Below, piece by piece: positions 35,619 through 47,274 of a stretch of 64,000 nucleotides of DNA. The position numbers and the translations under genes were made by a program. The notes beneath the pieces were generated by a model. It saw only the letters and a program-made list of their open reading frames with translations, was not told where the DNA came from and ran no database searches. The stretch comes from Cyanophora paradoxa CCMP329 (taxonomy: Eukaryota; Plantae; Glaucophyta). Location: positions 186,001-250,000 of the forward strand of contig QPMI01000545.1 in assembly GCA_004431415.1 (NCBI GenBank). The letters are read 5' to 3'. Every line of letters starts with the position of its first letter. Within the stretch, counting starts at the first letter, position 1.

Positions 35619-38600
35619 ATGGCGAAGCCGAAGAATTCTGGCGTCGTAATCGAAGCCAAAGGCCAGTTCCTCGAGAAAGTCGAGCCCGAGAAACTGACGA
35701 AGGATAAGCCGCCGGCTAGCCAAATTGATGGCCTCGATCTGTCGTACAACTACTTGACAACGCTCTCCGGCGTCGCTCCGTTCTGCCGGCTACTCCGGCT
35801 TGATGTATCCGTGCGCCCGCCGCCGAGAGTCGCCGTTGCGTTTGTCTCGGGCCGCCTTCTCACTGTCTTCCTTTCGTCATTCGCAGCATAACCACATCGG
35901 TACGCGGCTCGCGTGTAGCGCGGTCGCGTGCCCGGCTCGGTTTTCAAACCGACCGGCCCCCCACCGCCGAATCCCTCCGCCCCTAGCGGAAAAGGAATCC
36001 CTTGCGAGCTTCCGACTTTCCGTTTCGGCAGATGAGCTCCAGCAGCTGGCCATTACCATTACGAGCCTCAGCGCGGCGTACAATCGCCTCTCGTCTCTGA
36101 CAGGCATCGAGGACCTGCGGGCTCTCACCGGTGCGGCCTGTCGCCTCCCCTGACGCGGCGCGCGCGCGCTGAAAACGATCCCGTATCGCAGAGCTGGACG
36201 TGTCCTACAACTCGATATCGGACCTGCGGCAGGTCGGATCGCTCATGCACCTTACGACGCTGCGCGTCGCCGGCAACAAGATCCGCTCCGTCGAGGGCCT
36301 CGAGCGCCTTCAGCGGCTGAAGAAGTGCGGCGCCCTCGGCCCCGGCCCACGTGCGCGCCGCTGAGGCCCACCCCCTCCCCGCAGCCTCGACCTGAGGAAC
36401 AACCTGCTGGCCGCGCCGGACGCGGCGGCCCCGCTAGCCCAGAACCCCCGCCTGGCGAACCTGGAGCTGTCGGGCAACCCGCTCACGCGGTCCGCGGCGC
36501 CGTCGCCCCTCCGCCCGGCCCGCTCGCGCCTCACGCCGCCCGTCGCGTGCGCAGGGCCCGCGGCTGGAAGCTGGAGGTCCTTCAGTTCGTCATGTCCCTC
36601 GAGTTTCTGGACGGAGAGCGTGCGCTACCCCCCGGGCCCCCGCGCCCTCCCTTCTCCTTCCTTTTCCGAGCCCCCTCTTCCTCCTCGCAGGCCTGGAGCG
36701 GAGGTTGAACCGCCCCCCGAGCCCCGCGCGGAAGCCGCTGCCCCCGCGGCCGCCGCCGGAGCCTGTGGCGCCTGGCCAGCAGACGCAGCCAGTCCCGCAG
36801 GGGAGCCCCCTGCGCCAGCCCCTGAACGACGGTGCGGCCCGTGGGGGGGGCGCCCCCTCGCGGCCCGCGGCGGGAGCGCTCACCGCCCGCCTGCCCGCCC
36901 GCACGCTCGCAGGCCGCTGGCCCTTTCTTTCGGGGCAGTCGCCGTCCCGCGGCCCCTCCTCCCTCGCCTCGTTCGACTTCGGCTCGGAGTCGGGCCGGCG
37001 CACCTACCGCTCGCCTTCCCCGCCCCGCTCCCTCGCCTCGGCGCCCTCCCTCGCGGCCTCCTCCTCCTCCCGCCTCCTCCTCATGCGCTCGCCCTCTCCC
37101 TCCAAGGAGGACCTCCGGGCTGCCGCCATGTCCCTGAAGAAGGGTGCGCGGGCCGCCCGGGGCGCCCCGCCGCCGCGCCGACCCTGACGCCCCGCCCCAC
37201 CCCCGCAGAGCTGGGGCTCTCGCCGCCGCGCTCGGCGCGCCGGAACCTGGGGGAGCCTTCGGTCTTCCTCGCGGCGTCGGCCCTCGAGCAGCCGCCGCCG
37301 GCGCCGCCCTCGCTGGTCGGGACGCACCGCGCGGCCTCGCCGGCCGCCTCGCAGTCGCGCCTGATGGAGCTGTACGACCCTCTGGACCCCACCGTCGCCC
37401 TCGCCGCCGCCGCCGAGGACTTCGAGCTGCGCCAGTCGGCCCCGCGCGCCCGCCGCGGCAGCGGGCAGCTGGCCCTGGGCGCGCCCAGTGGGAGGAGCTG
37501 GCGGGCCCGCCGCGCACGCCGGCGTCGCCGCTGCCGGGGCGGCCCTCGTCGCGCATCGGGTACGTGCCCGACCTGCCGAGCCCGGAGCACGACCACGACG
37601 AGGGGACTACCCCTGGAGGCCGCCGCCGCGCTGCAGGCCGTCGTGGAGGCGACCTCCGAGGAGGAGCACGGGGCCACGCCCCCGCGCGGCCGCCCCGCCT
37701 GGGCCCCGCCGCAGCCCCCGCAGCCGCCCGCCCCCGTCCTCAGCAGCGCATACGCCGCGGCGTACCGCTCGCCCTCCCCGCCCCACTCCCGCTCCCTCTC
37801 CGTCGACGTCGCGCCGGCCCCGCGCTCCCGGCAGGGCCCCGGGCCCCTGTCGCCGCCCCGGAGCGCCCGCAGCGTCGGCGCGCGCTCCATTTCCAGCTTC
37901 TCGCGCGCCTCGGCGCGCTCTGGCGGGAGCGGCAGCGTGGAGCCGGCGGTCCCGCACAGGCACTCCTGGGCCCTGCGGGTGGCCGGGAGCCCGCGGGCCG
38001 GCACCGAGCTCCTCGCCGACCTGCACGGCTCCTCCCGCGCCCGCTCCCTCGCCGCCGCCACCGACGGCCCCGGCCCCGGCATCCTCCGCCCCGCCTCCTC
38101 CCTATCCTCCACCTCCTCCTCCGCCCCTGCCGTGCCCCGCCCGCCTCCTTCTCCTCCTCCCTGCGGGATCTGTACCCCCGTCCTCCGCGCACGGCCCCGA
38201 CGTGGAGCGCGCGCTCGCCGCGCGGCCCGCCCGCTCCCCGACCCGCCGCCGGCGCGCCCGCACCCGCCCTCCAACCGGCCGCCCCCCAGCTCTCCAGCTC
38301 CCTCCGCGTACCCGTCGTTCGCAACGCCCTACCCCGGCCCCGCCCGCCCGCTCCCTCTCCCCGGCGCGCAACCGGACCGCCCCGCCCGCCTCCTGGTCCT
38401 CCATCTTCCGGGCCGCCTCTGCCTCCGCCTCCGCCGCCTCCGCCGCCGCCGCCGGCAGCGGGAAAAGCAAGCCGCCCGCGCAGCCGCGGCGCGCGCCGCT
38501 CAACGAGAGCATCAGCGCCTGGGACGCGGGCGACGCCTCCTCTGGAGCACCCTCGGACCTCGCCCCCTCCCCGCCCCGGAGCCTCCCCGGCTCTCCCGCC

Positions 38601-39865
38601 CGCGCCCCCGCCGCCTCCGCCGCCCCCGCGACGGCCCCCGTGCAGCGCTCCGCCCCCGTCCTGCAGCACGGCGCCCACGCACGCCGCCAGGGCCGCCGCA
38701 GCGCCGAGGGTGCGCTTTCGCCGCCGTACCCCCGCCGCGCTCTCTTCCAACGCCGCCGCGCAGTCGTCGTGTGGTCGGGGGCGGCGCTGGAAGGGCTCGC
38801 GCAGCTGCTGCGGAGCCCGCAGGCGGCCGTCCGCAGCAAGGCCCTCCTCGTCCTCGCCGGCGTCCTCGACTCCGGTACCCCCCGCCGGCCTGGACTCCGG
38901 TACCCCCCTTCCCGCCGCTGACCTGTCTTCCCAGACGAGAACGCGCGGAACGCCCTGTCTCTGGACATCTGCCCCTCCCTCGCCGACCTCCTCCGCTCCT
39001 CTGACCCCTCCGCCGTCCGCCTCGTACTCCCTTTGGGTTCCTCCCACTTCCTGATCCCGTACCCCTAGGTCGCGGACACGTGCCACTGCGTCGCCCGCCT
39101 GGCCGCCGTGTGGGATCCGCAATCCTCCCCCGTGCGTCCCCGGGCTCCCGCGGGCCGTGGCGCCGCCTCTCCGGTCCCTGACGCCGCCGCAGAACGGGCC
39201 GCACCTGCTGGCGCTCTCGTACCCCCTCCTCACCGTCGCGGCGGGCCCCGACCCCGGCCTGCAGGCCTCCGCCATGGCGGCCCTGGAGGCCCTCGCCGGT
39301 GCGCCGTACCCCCCGCCGCCTCCTCCCCCCGGCCGCTGAGTCCCCCCCAGCGAAGGGCCTGACGTCGGAGAGCCCGCCGCCGCCCTCTCCCACGGCGGCG
39401 CGGCAGCCTGGGGAGGGGCCGGGGCCGGACGCGGCCGGGGCCGGGCCGGAGCCGGAGGTGGCGCGGCGCCTCGAGTTCGAGGGCCGCGGGGGCCAGCAGG
39501 GGCCCCCTGGGCCCGAGCCGGCGCCCGAGGCGGGGGCGGGGGCGGAGCTGGACGAGTCGGGGCAGGGGGAGGCGCTGCTGCGGCGGAAGCGCTCGAACCG
39601 CATCGTGCACCAGATCCTGCACCCAGAGGAGGCGGCGGCGGCGCCCCCCGGGGCGGCGGGCCCCGCCTACCACCAGCTCTCGCTGGCCGAGCTTGCAGAC
39701 CGGCCCCTGGGCGACCTTTCGCCCGACTGGCGCACCCCGTCGCCCCCGCCCCCGCCGTCGCCGCCGGACCCGCCGCCGCCGGCGCGGTGGCCCCCGGGGG
39801 CGCCGGCGGCCCCCCGCCGGACTCCATGGATGTGGACGCCGAGGGCCGCGCCGCCCCATGATTAG
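35619..39865 (+). CDS. SDS22-like leucine-rich repeat protein with a long Pro/Ser-rich region and helical C-terminus, multi-exon
   Basis: LDLSYNYLTTLSG, LDVSHN, LSAAYNRLSSLTG, LDVSYNSISDL, LRVAGNKIRSVEG, LDLRNNLL, LELSGNPL and the LRR cap SLEFLDGE. The 3' exons are less certain. Confidence 0.8.
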
Positions 39866-39869
39866 TATA

Positions 39870-42090
39870 CTCGAATCCGGCCGTGGGGACGGTGCGGTCC
39901 GCACTACGGTACCCTACGAACGGGCCCCCCTCCGGGGCCCGCCGGGCCGGGCCCCATGGGCCATGGACCATGACTCATGAGGGTTTGCGTCGCTCGACGG
40001 GAACGCGTCGACGTTGCCGTCGACTCCGACAAGTCGCCGTCGATCGCAACTCGCGAGTTGCCCTCGACGCTGTCAACCGATTAAAGCGGACTCGAGCGGC
40101 CAGCCTCGAGCTCAGGCTGCGCGCGGGGTCTACCCGGCTAGCCGATAGGAGGTGACTAGCACAAAATACTATGATACAGAATCAAGAGGGATCATGAGAA
40201 GGGACACGATCAGAAGAATGCAAAAGATAAGGAGAACGAGCACGAGGAGAAGGAGTAGAAGAGCTTAATTGCAAGGACGGTCGTAATTTCCCTCGTAAAT
40301 CGATATATGGAGTCACATTGGACCGGAGTAGACTCACTTGAAAAGGCTCACATTATATTGGACCGGAGTGTTATCCGATGATCGACGCGTATACGAGTAC
40401 GGTACGACCGTGACCGTCGCGATCGGACGTACGCGCCGCGGACCGCGGTCCGCGGTACGTATACGTATACGTACGTACGCCGCGCGCCGATCGCGAACGC
40501 CCGGCGCCGGCGGCCGCGGATCCGGACCGCGGTACGCGTACGCGTCGACTCGTTAAACGTTCGATATCGATCGATATATCGCGTTCGAATTCGCGTAAAT
40601 ACTAATATACTATGATAAAAATTCAAAAACATTCACGTCCAGGAAGACGTCGCGATCGACGTCGACGTCGACCCCTTTCGAATTCATGTACCAGTAGACT
40701 GGCAGTAATAGCCTAGTAGGTCCAGTACGTTACTGTACGTATACCCGCTAAACTACCCGCCGCAGCCTCCAATTCACGCACGCGAGTCGACGTCGGCGCC
40801 GGCGGCTCGGCCTCACCGCCGACTCGCGATCGGCGGCGAGTCGGCGCCGACTCGGCGAGTCGGCGGCTCGCCGAGTCGGCCTCACGATTCACGATTCACG
40901 AACTTTCGGAATCACGATTCATGACTCCGGAATTCGGATCCGGCCCATCATGATCATCCGGGCCGAATGGCCCGAATCATCCCGGAGACTGGGCCGGAGT
41001 CCGACCGACTACTAGTACTACGGTACTAGTACTCCGACGTCGACCGACCATCCAATGCATCCATGATGATGAATAGCTATAGCTTGACATGATCCCCTTA
41101 AGCTTAAAATTCTTATCAGTGTAGGCTGTGTTAGCCTGTGTAGCGGCACTGCTGCGGCAGTGCTGCGGGCCTGCGGCACTGTACGGTCTGTACCGTGTTA
41201 CCGCCGGGCCGGTTGCAATTGGTCCGTGTAACGTAACATGTACACATAAATACTGGACTCACTTAATTAACAGAGTCCCAAATTAACAGACCGAAATTTT
41301 GACATAGTCTGTTAATTTGGCACTCTGCTAATTTGCTGCTGTTCAGTACGTATACGTACTAGTCGTCTCATACAATCTACCCCCCAACATTAGCGCACCA
41401 TACAAGCCAAAATTAAATTGTTTAGTCTGCTAATTTAATTGGGACTCTGTTATTTCGCCTATAATTATAAGGGATCCGGATCGGAGGGCCAGATTTTAAA
41501 ACCTGTTATAATTAATTAACGGGCTGTTAATTTAGTGTAACACGGACGTTACACGGTAGTCTGTCACAGTGTAGCGGCAGTGTACCGGTAGGCTGTGTAT
41601 AGCCTGCGCAAGCTGGTCGGGTCGATCGCAAATTCGAATTCGCAATGGCGCACTCATCAGTAAATTGCGTTTAGGATGCTCCATGCTCGATTGACGCCGG
41701 CATGGCCATGGCATGGCCATTCGAATTCGTTCGAAGCTCGGCGCGCATGGATCGATATCGGAATGCCATCATGGATATCGGATATTCCGTCGCCAATGAC
41801 TCGCCAAGAGTCGCCATCCGACTCGATGATCCGAGTCGACGACGACTCGACGTCGACGTCCATGCGTGGAATATTTAATCCGGCGACCGACCGGCGTATA
41901 CGAACGTATGCGCGTGAATCCGCGCGCGCATGCACATATATGGCCAATTCCAGGCCAAAGCGTTGGCCGCGCGCGCCGGCCCGCGCGCCCGGCCCGCCGC
42001 GCGGCCGATTCCCGGAGTCCGATGTCGATGGTAGTCGATCGCGATCATCATGATCATCGACGCGATGAGATAGCTATAGCGCTATAGCTG
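39870..42090. repeat. Second palindrome-saturated non-coding block
   Basis: For example ccgcggaccgcggtccgcggtacgtatacgtatacgtacgtac (40435-40478), gagtcggcg/cgccgactc arrays (40785-40880) and actactagtactacggtactagtact (~41008-41033). Confidence 0.65.
41251..41546. mobile_element. Decayed MITE-like element with imperfect terminal and subterminal inverted repeats
   Basis: Left cacttaattaacag versus right ctgttaatttagtg (13/14 complementary). Internal 28-bp inverted pair at 41264-41291 / 41307-41334, and a third related copy at ~41425-41455. AT-rich and non-coding. Confidence 0.5.
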
Positions 42091-42335
42091 CCAGCGGAAC
42101 GCTTTTGGAAGTGCAGGCTCCGCATCTGCAGCTACACGTATTCGGCGTTCCGCCGGCGCCTCATCTCCTTCTCGCGCCAGCTGGCAGCAGGGAGCAGCGC
42201 TGCATTTCCCGCCGAAGATCGCAGGAATCACTCTCTCTGCGCTTTCCCCAGCCCGGCCGTCTTACTTCAGCCGCCACCGCCGTCGTTTCCTTGCGATCAC
42301 CCACGGCCGCGCCGTTGATCGGCGCCGGGAGAACC

Positions 42336-43390
42336 ATGGCGCGCTGGACATACGCGTATCACTTCCGCAACCGGCGCGGGAACAATGCGGCGATCATGCT
42401 GCGCGACGGCCGTGATGGCGTCCCGCGCACGCAGTCCGGCCCGTGGCTCGACCTCATAGGTGCGAGCCTTCGAGAAGTCTGGTTTAGTTGTTGCCGCCAA
42501 GTCCTGCCTCTCGCAGAGGCCGTGGCGAGCGCTTTCCGCATCCCATACCTGGAACTCCTTCGCAACCCGAACTATGACACTGTCGACGCTCTTCAGCGGC
42601 TCACCTTGACGTGCGCCTCCTTCGATACTGCTCGCACTGAAGCGCATGCGGTGTAATTTCTGACGCGCCCTCCGCGCGCAGTGGGCACTACTACATGCCG
42701 CCCGGCCAGAACATCCCCCTGAACGAGCGGCGCTTCCGCCTGCCGGGCAACGCGGCGCGCATGCGGGAGCGGGCGCTGCTGTGCAAGATGAACGGGTGGA
42801 TATCGGAGGGGCCCCTGCCGGGCGCCTCGCGCTTCGACGGGCTCCTGGACGCGCACGACCTCTGCGCCCCCTCGACGCCCCTCAAGGTCCTCTCCGACCG
42901 GGCCTGGCCCTCCCCCCGCAAGCTCATCCGCGCCCGCTACGGCTCCGAGCTGCCCGACTCCGATTCCGAGCAGCCGCCCCACAAGCGCCCCCGCCGCTTC
43001 TGCGACCTCGCCGCCGCCTCCTCCTCCTCCTCCGCCTTCGACTCGGCCCCATCCCACTGCCACGCGGAGGCGCCCTGCGCGCCCGCGCCCTGGCCCCCCC
43101 TTCCCCCCGTCCAGGCCCCCCCGCAGGCCGATCGCGACGCCGGATTCCTCCCCCGGCTCGCCGACGCCTCCCCCCCCTCCGCCTTCTCCACCCCCTCCGC
43201 CTCCGGCTCCTTCTTTACTCCAGCCGGCCCCTCCTCGCCCGCCCCGCAGTTCTTCGATCCCTGCCCCGGCCCCGCAGCCTTCGCCTGCCCCTTCGCCCTC
43301 CCGGCCTCCTGCGCATGGGCAGGGGCACCCTTCGCCCCGGACTTTCGCTTCTACAATCCGCCCGCCCAGCTCGCGGGCGGGTACTCGTAG
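42336..43390 (+). CDS. Hypothetical protein, 3 exons, Pro/Ala-rich C-terminus
   Basis: Protein-like exons (MARWTYAYHFRNRRG; LREVWFSCCRQVLPLAE; HYYMPPGQNIPLNERRFRL) separated by canonical short introns. Possible NLS HKRPRR. Confidence 0.55.
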
Positions 43391-43824
43391 CCGTCGCTTT
43401 CGCTGCCCACAGCGAAGCTTCCTCAATGTGCTCTAGTAGGATTTTTCAGCGTACGAAGGCAGTCTCGTGCTCAGTTGTTCCTATTTAAATTATTTGAACG
43501 CTTTTCCAACTTCAATTTTGAAACCACCGTCAGACTCGGCGAGATTCAGACTATGCCAGGCAGCCTCGCAGGCAGCTTGCGATTTAAAATGATGTATACG
43601 TAATTATAACGGCTATCCGCATGCTCCACGGTATACCAAACTCCATTGCCACTCCCAGAGAACTGCCGAGCGCCGTCCGGCCCCCCGCGCCCTGCCATGC
43701 CGTGACCCGGCGCAGCTGCAGCCCCGCAGCGCCTCGCGAACTCGCGGAGCCCTCTCCATAGATACAGAGCACCGGCCCGCTCGCGGCTGCTCGCGGATGC
43801 TCCCCAGGGCCTAGCTAGGCGCTT

Positions 43825-45220
43825 CTAAAACCTCCTCGCGCTCCCGAAGGTCCAGGACGGCTTCGTCTTGTTCTGGTACGCCGACTGGAACTCCTCTTTC
43901 GGCTTGTAGATCGGGCCTGCGCGCCGCGCGCCGTGCCCGTCGGTACAGCGCCGGAGACTTTCAGAAGCCGCGGCTCGAACGGACCTGGGCTGTTTACTGC
44001 TAAGAATTGGGCGGTGTGCTCCCTCCCGAAGTACTGCGCCCGCGCCGGCTGCTCGGCTGCCACCGGCCGCTGCGCCGCCGTGCCGAACTTGAAGGCAGCC
44101 GCGCACGTCTGCGCGGGGCCGCCCACGGCGCTCAGGGCGGGGTCGGGGCGCGGGCGGGGGGCCGGGGGCGCTCGCTCGCCTGCGACTGGTCCGTCTGCTC
44201 GGGCTCCCCGACGAGCTTTGGGAGGTCGTACGCCCCCGGGCCCGGCGTCGTCTCCGCTGCGCGAGCGGGAGCAGTCGGCGCCCGCGCCGCCGGCCGCCGG
44301 CAGGCCGCGGGACGTCGACAGGGCCCCCGCACCTTTGGACTTGGGCGGGGCGCGCTGCGGGGAGGTGCCGAACCCGAAGGCGGGCGGGGAGCGGCGGACG
44401 GAGGCGTAGTGCAGGTCGGGCGTGTAGGCGCCGGGGCCCACGTTCGAGACCTTGGGCCGCGACTTCGCCGTCCGCATGGAGCCGTCCTCGGGGTGCGGCC
44501 GCTGCGGCGCCGTCCCGAACCGGTGGCTCGGCGCCCCCCGCAACGAAATGTCCGTCTCCGATCCCACCGCCGCCCTCAGCGCGTAAGAGCCCGGGCCCGG
44601 GCTGCTGGCTGCGCCCGGCCGCCCCGTCAGCCGCGGCGCCCCCGCGCGGGAAGGCCGACGCCGGACGCACCTCCGAGCACCGATCCCCGGTTCGGTCCGC
44701 TACCAAACACGTGTGAGGGACTCCTCCTGTAACCGTTCTGGCCCTCGCCGCCGACTGTGGACCTGATCTTGTAGACCGGCCCTGGCGCATAGCTGGTCCG
44801 TATCGCGTCCTCGATGAACGTTATGCCAGTGCTGCGGCGCGCGCTCGTTAGGGCGGTCGGCGTTCCTCGCGGGCCCGCGGGGCGGCTTGCCCTTGTATGG
44901 ACCACGCCGGGGCTTCACTCAAACTGTTCTGCACATACGGCGCCTTGCCTACGTAGGTGCCCAGATCATACTGCAAAAGAGGTCAGACAACGTCGACGTC
45001 GAGAGCTAAGCTTAGAGCTCGGCGAGGCGTCAGCAGCCCTCTCGATTGCAGCGAGATCGCTACATAGCTAGACCCGCAGCTTAGACAAGATCCCTTCCGA
45101 CATCTAATGGCGCGTTGGGCCTGCGGGCTGCTGGCGCAAGCATACCTGGCCCGGGCCAGGCGCGTTCTTGTCCGGCTGCGCGACAGAGAAGGACGAGAAG
45201 CTTTCCATCGATTCCCTCAT
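43825..45220 (-). CDS. SHIPPO-repeat (PGPGxY) flagellar protein, ODF3/STPG-like, multi-exon
   Basis: Repeats APGPGQ, APGPVY, QPGPGSY, VGPGAY, TPGPGAY, SPGPIY alternate with SPxFxFG(T/S) motifs; ends PSWTFGSARRF. The start may be further upstream (~45335). Confidence 0.85.
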
Positions 45221-45398
45221 CCTCTCTTGCCGGGACGCGCCTCGGCTGCCGGGCGGCTGTGGGGAAACGGGGGAGCCCGCCTGCATCGCAAGGTACTCTG
45301 CTGTACAACTGACGCGCGGCAGATGGCTTTCCCAATCGCTTGTTACAGTTTAGATTGATGCTGTCGCGGAATAGGGTTTGAGCTCGTACCCCCTAGAG

Positions 45399-47046
45399 AT
45401 GAAAGCCGACCCGCCGCAGACGCCTGCCGCGTCCCCTGACAGCGCTGACGCGTTCACTTGTACGCAAAATGCGATCCGCTGCAAACCCGTCGAGGAGCCA
45501 AAGTTCGCCGTCGACTGCATGTGCGTCTGGCCCAGCTAGCCTGCCGCCCGCGCCATGCAGCGCTTCTCCCAACGCAATCTAAGCCGTTCGAATTCGCAGG
45601 CTGGGACGCACGGCTCGGCTTCTGCGGTGCGCCGGGTTCGACGCCTTCTTCGCGCCCACGAACCAGAAAGAGGCGCTCGCTGCGAAGGCGGAGGATGAGG
45701 GACGGTGCGCCGTCGCTAGCGCTGTGCACGCGCACACCTGTCGCCCGCCGGTCTTGCAAGCGTGCCGTCGCCGTGTACGTACGCACCCTTTTCCCTCCTC
45801 GCAGCGTGATTATCACGCGGGACGTGTCAATCGAGAGCCTTCTCAAGCGCCGCGTGCTGGACCGCGAGGGGAAGCTGGTCGCGATTCCGCCGCGAAGAAG
45901 TCCTGGCCAGGGGCCGCGCCCGATCCTGTTCAGCGACCCAGGCCTCCTCGGGGACAGCGACGAGGACGACTGCGACGAGGACACAGATCCAAGCGACGCA
46001 GGCCTTTCTCGCAACCGCGCACGGTCTAGGAATAGGGTGCGGCTGCGTTCGTTCCCGTTCTGCTGCTGCGGCTTACTGGCGAGCCCCACAGGCGCTCGTG
46101 AAAGCCGTTCCCAGCGATCGAATACCCCGTGTGAGCGCGCCTCTTGCTAGTCTTGCCATTGGGCGTTCGCACGCCTTGCGCCGCGTATCTGAAATCCGGC
46201 GCAAACGCAGGTCGTCGTTGTGACCGCGGAAGACGCGAGGGACCAGGTCGGTGCGCGACGCTCCCCTTGTTCTATGGAACGGGCCCCTAGATCTGCGCTA
46301 AAAGATGGCGCGTAACCACAGATGAGATCCTACGCGCTTTGAACGTGCACGGTGAGCGCGCCCTGCAGCCTGCGGCGGGTCGACTCTTCAGGCGTGACGC
46401 ATTCAACGAATCGACCGCAGTTCAGTTCGAAAACCTCTTCTCGAGATGGTGAGCCCAGAGCTGCAGCTTCTGTCGCCCCGGCCCGCGAACGCCGTGCGCT
46501 CACGGCGCGCCGCGCAGCGTCAAGTGCTGCGGGGCCAAGTGGCTCTCCGTCACCCCGGAGCATGCTCGGGTGCGTGCTGGCCATGGCCATGGGACCCTCC
46601 GGCCCGAGAGCGAGGTGCTGGCCGCTGCGCTGACCGCCGGGCACCGGCCGGCGCGCCCTCAGTCCGTGGGGATCAGTGAGAGGACCTTGTCGAGGGTGCG
46701 TGCCCCGCCTGCCTTCTCGGCCGCTTCCCTCCGCTGTATCTGACGCCTTCCAGCAGGTCTCTCAGTTCTGGGCGTGCGGCGACTGCGGGTGCATATTCTG
46801 GGAGGGCAGGCAGTTCCAGGGGTGTGTGCACGCGCGCCGCGCCCTGCCGCGCCGGCACACGCGTTCGTTTACCGCTCCCCGCGCCGCTCACTGAGCGTCC
46901 TGCCCCGCAGCGCGATGGACTGGATGACGGAGCGGCTGTGCCGTCTCGACTGCGGGCGGGGCGGGGCGGGGGCCCCCGTGGGGGCGCCCGGGCAGCAGCG
47001 TGCGTCTTTACAGGAGGATCTGCAGGCGAGGCCGGACTCTCATTAA
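45399..47046 (+). CDS. Stand-alone Mut7-C RNase (PIN-like + zinc ribbon, DUF82) domain protein, multi-exon
   Basis: KFAVDCM-LGRTARLLRCAGFDA, IITRD, LFSRCVKC, FWACGDCGCIFWEGRQF. Confidence 0.8.
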
Positions 47047-47274
47047 TATTGAGGCCAGACGCTGCACATTCCCCGCCCTCTTTTTTCTATCGTGCCCTAC
47101 TCGCATGCCGCCGGCCGCAGCCGCGCCGGCGCCGGCGGCGCTAGTTCTGGCCGCGCACGCGCGGCGCCGGCCACCACCGGGTCCGCTTGAGGTACTCTCA
47201 GTATCAATTAGCTATAGTTATACTGTTCAAAAGGTACAGCGCGTGATTATAGGCCGCTGAGCGCTAGCTTGATC

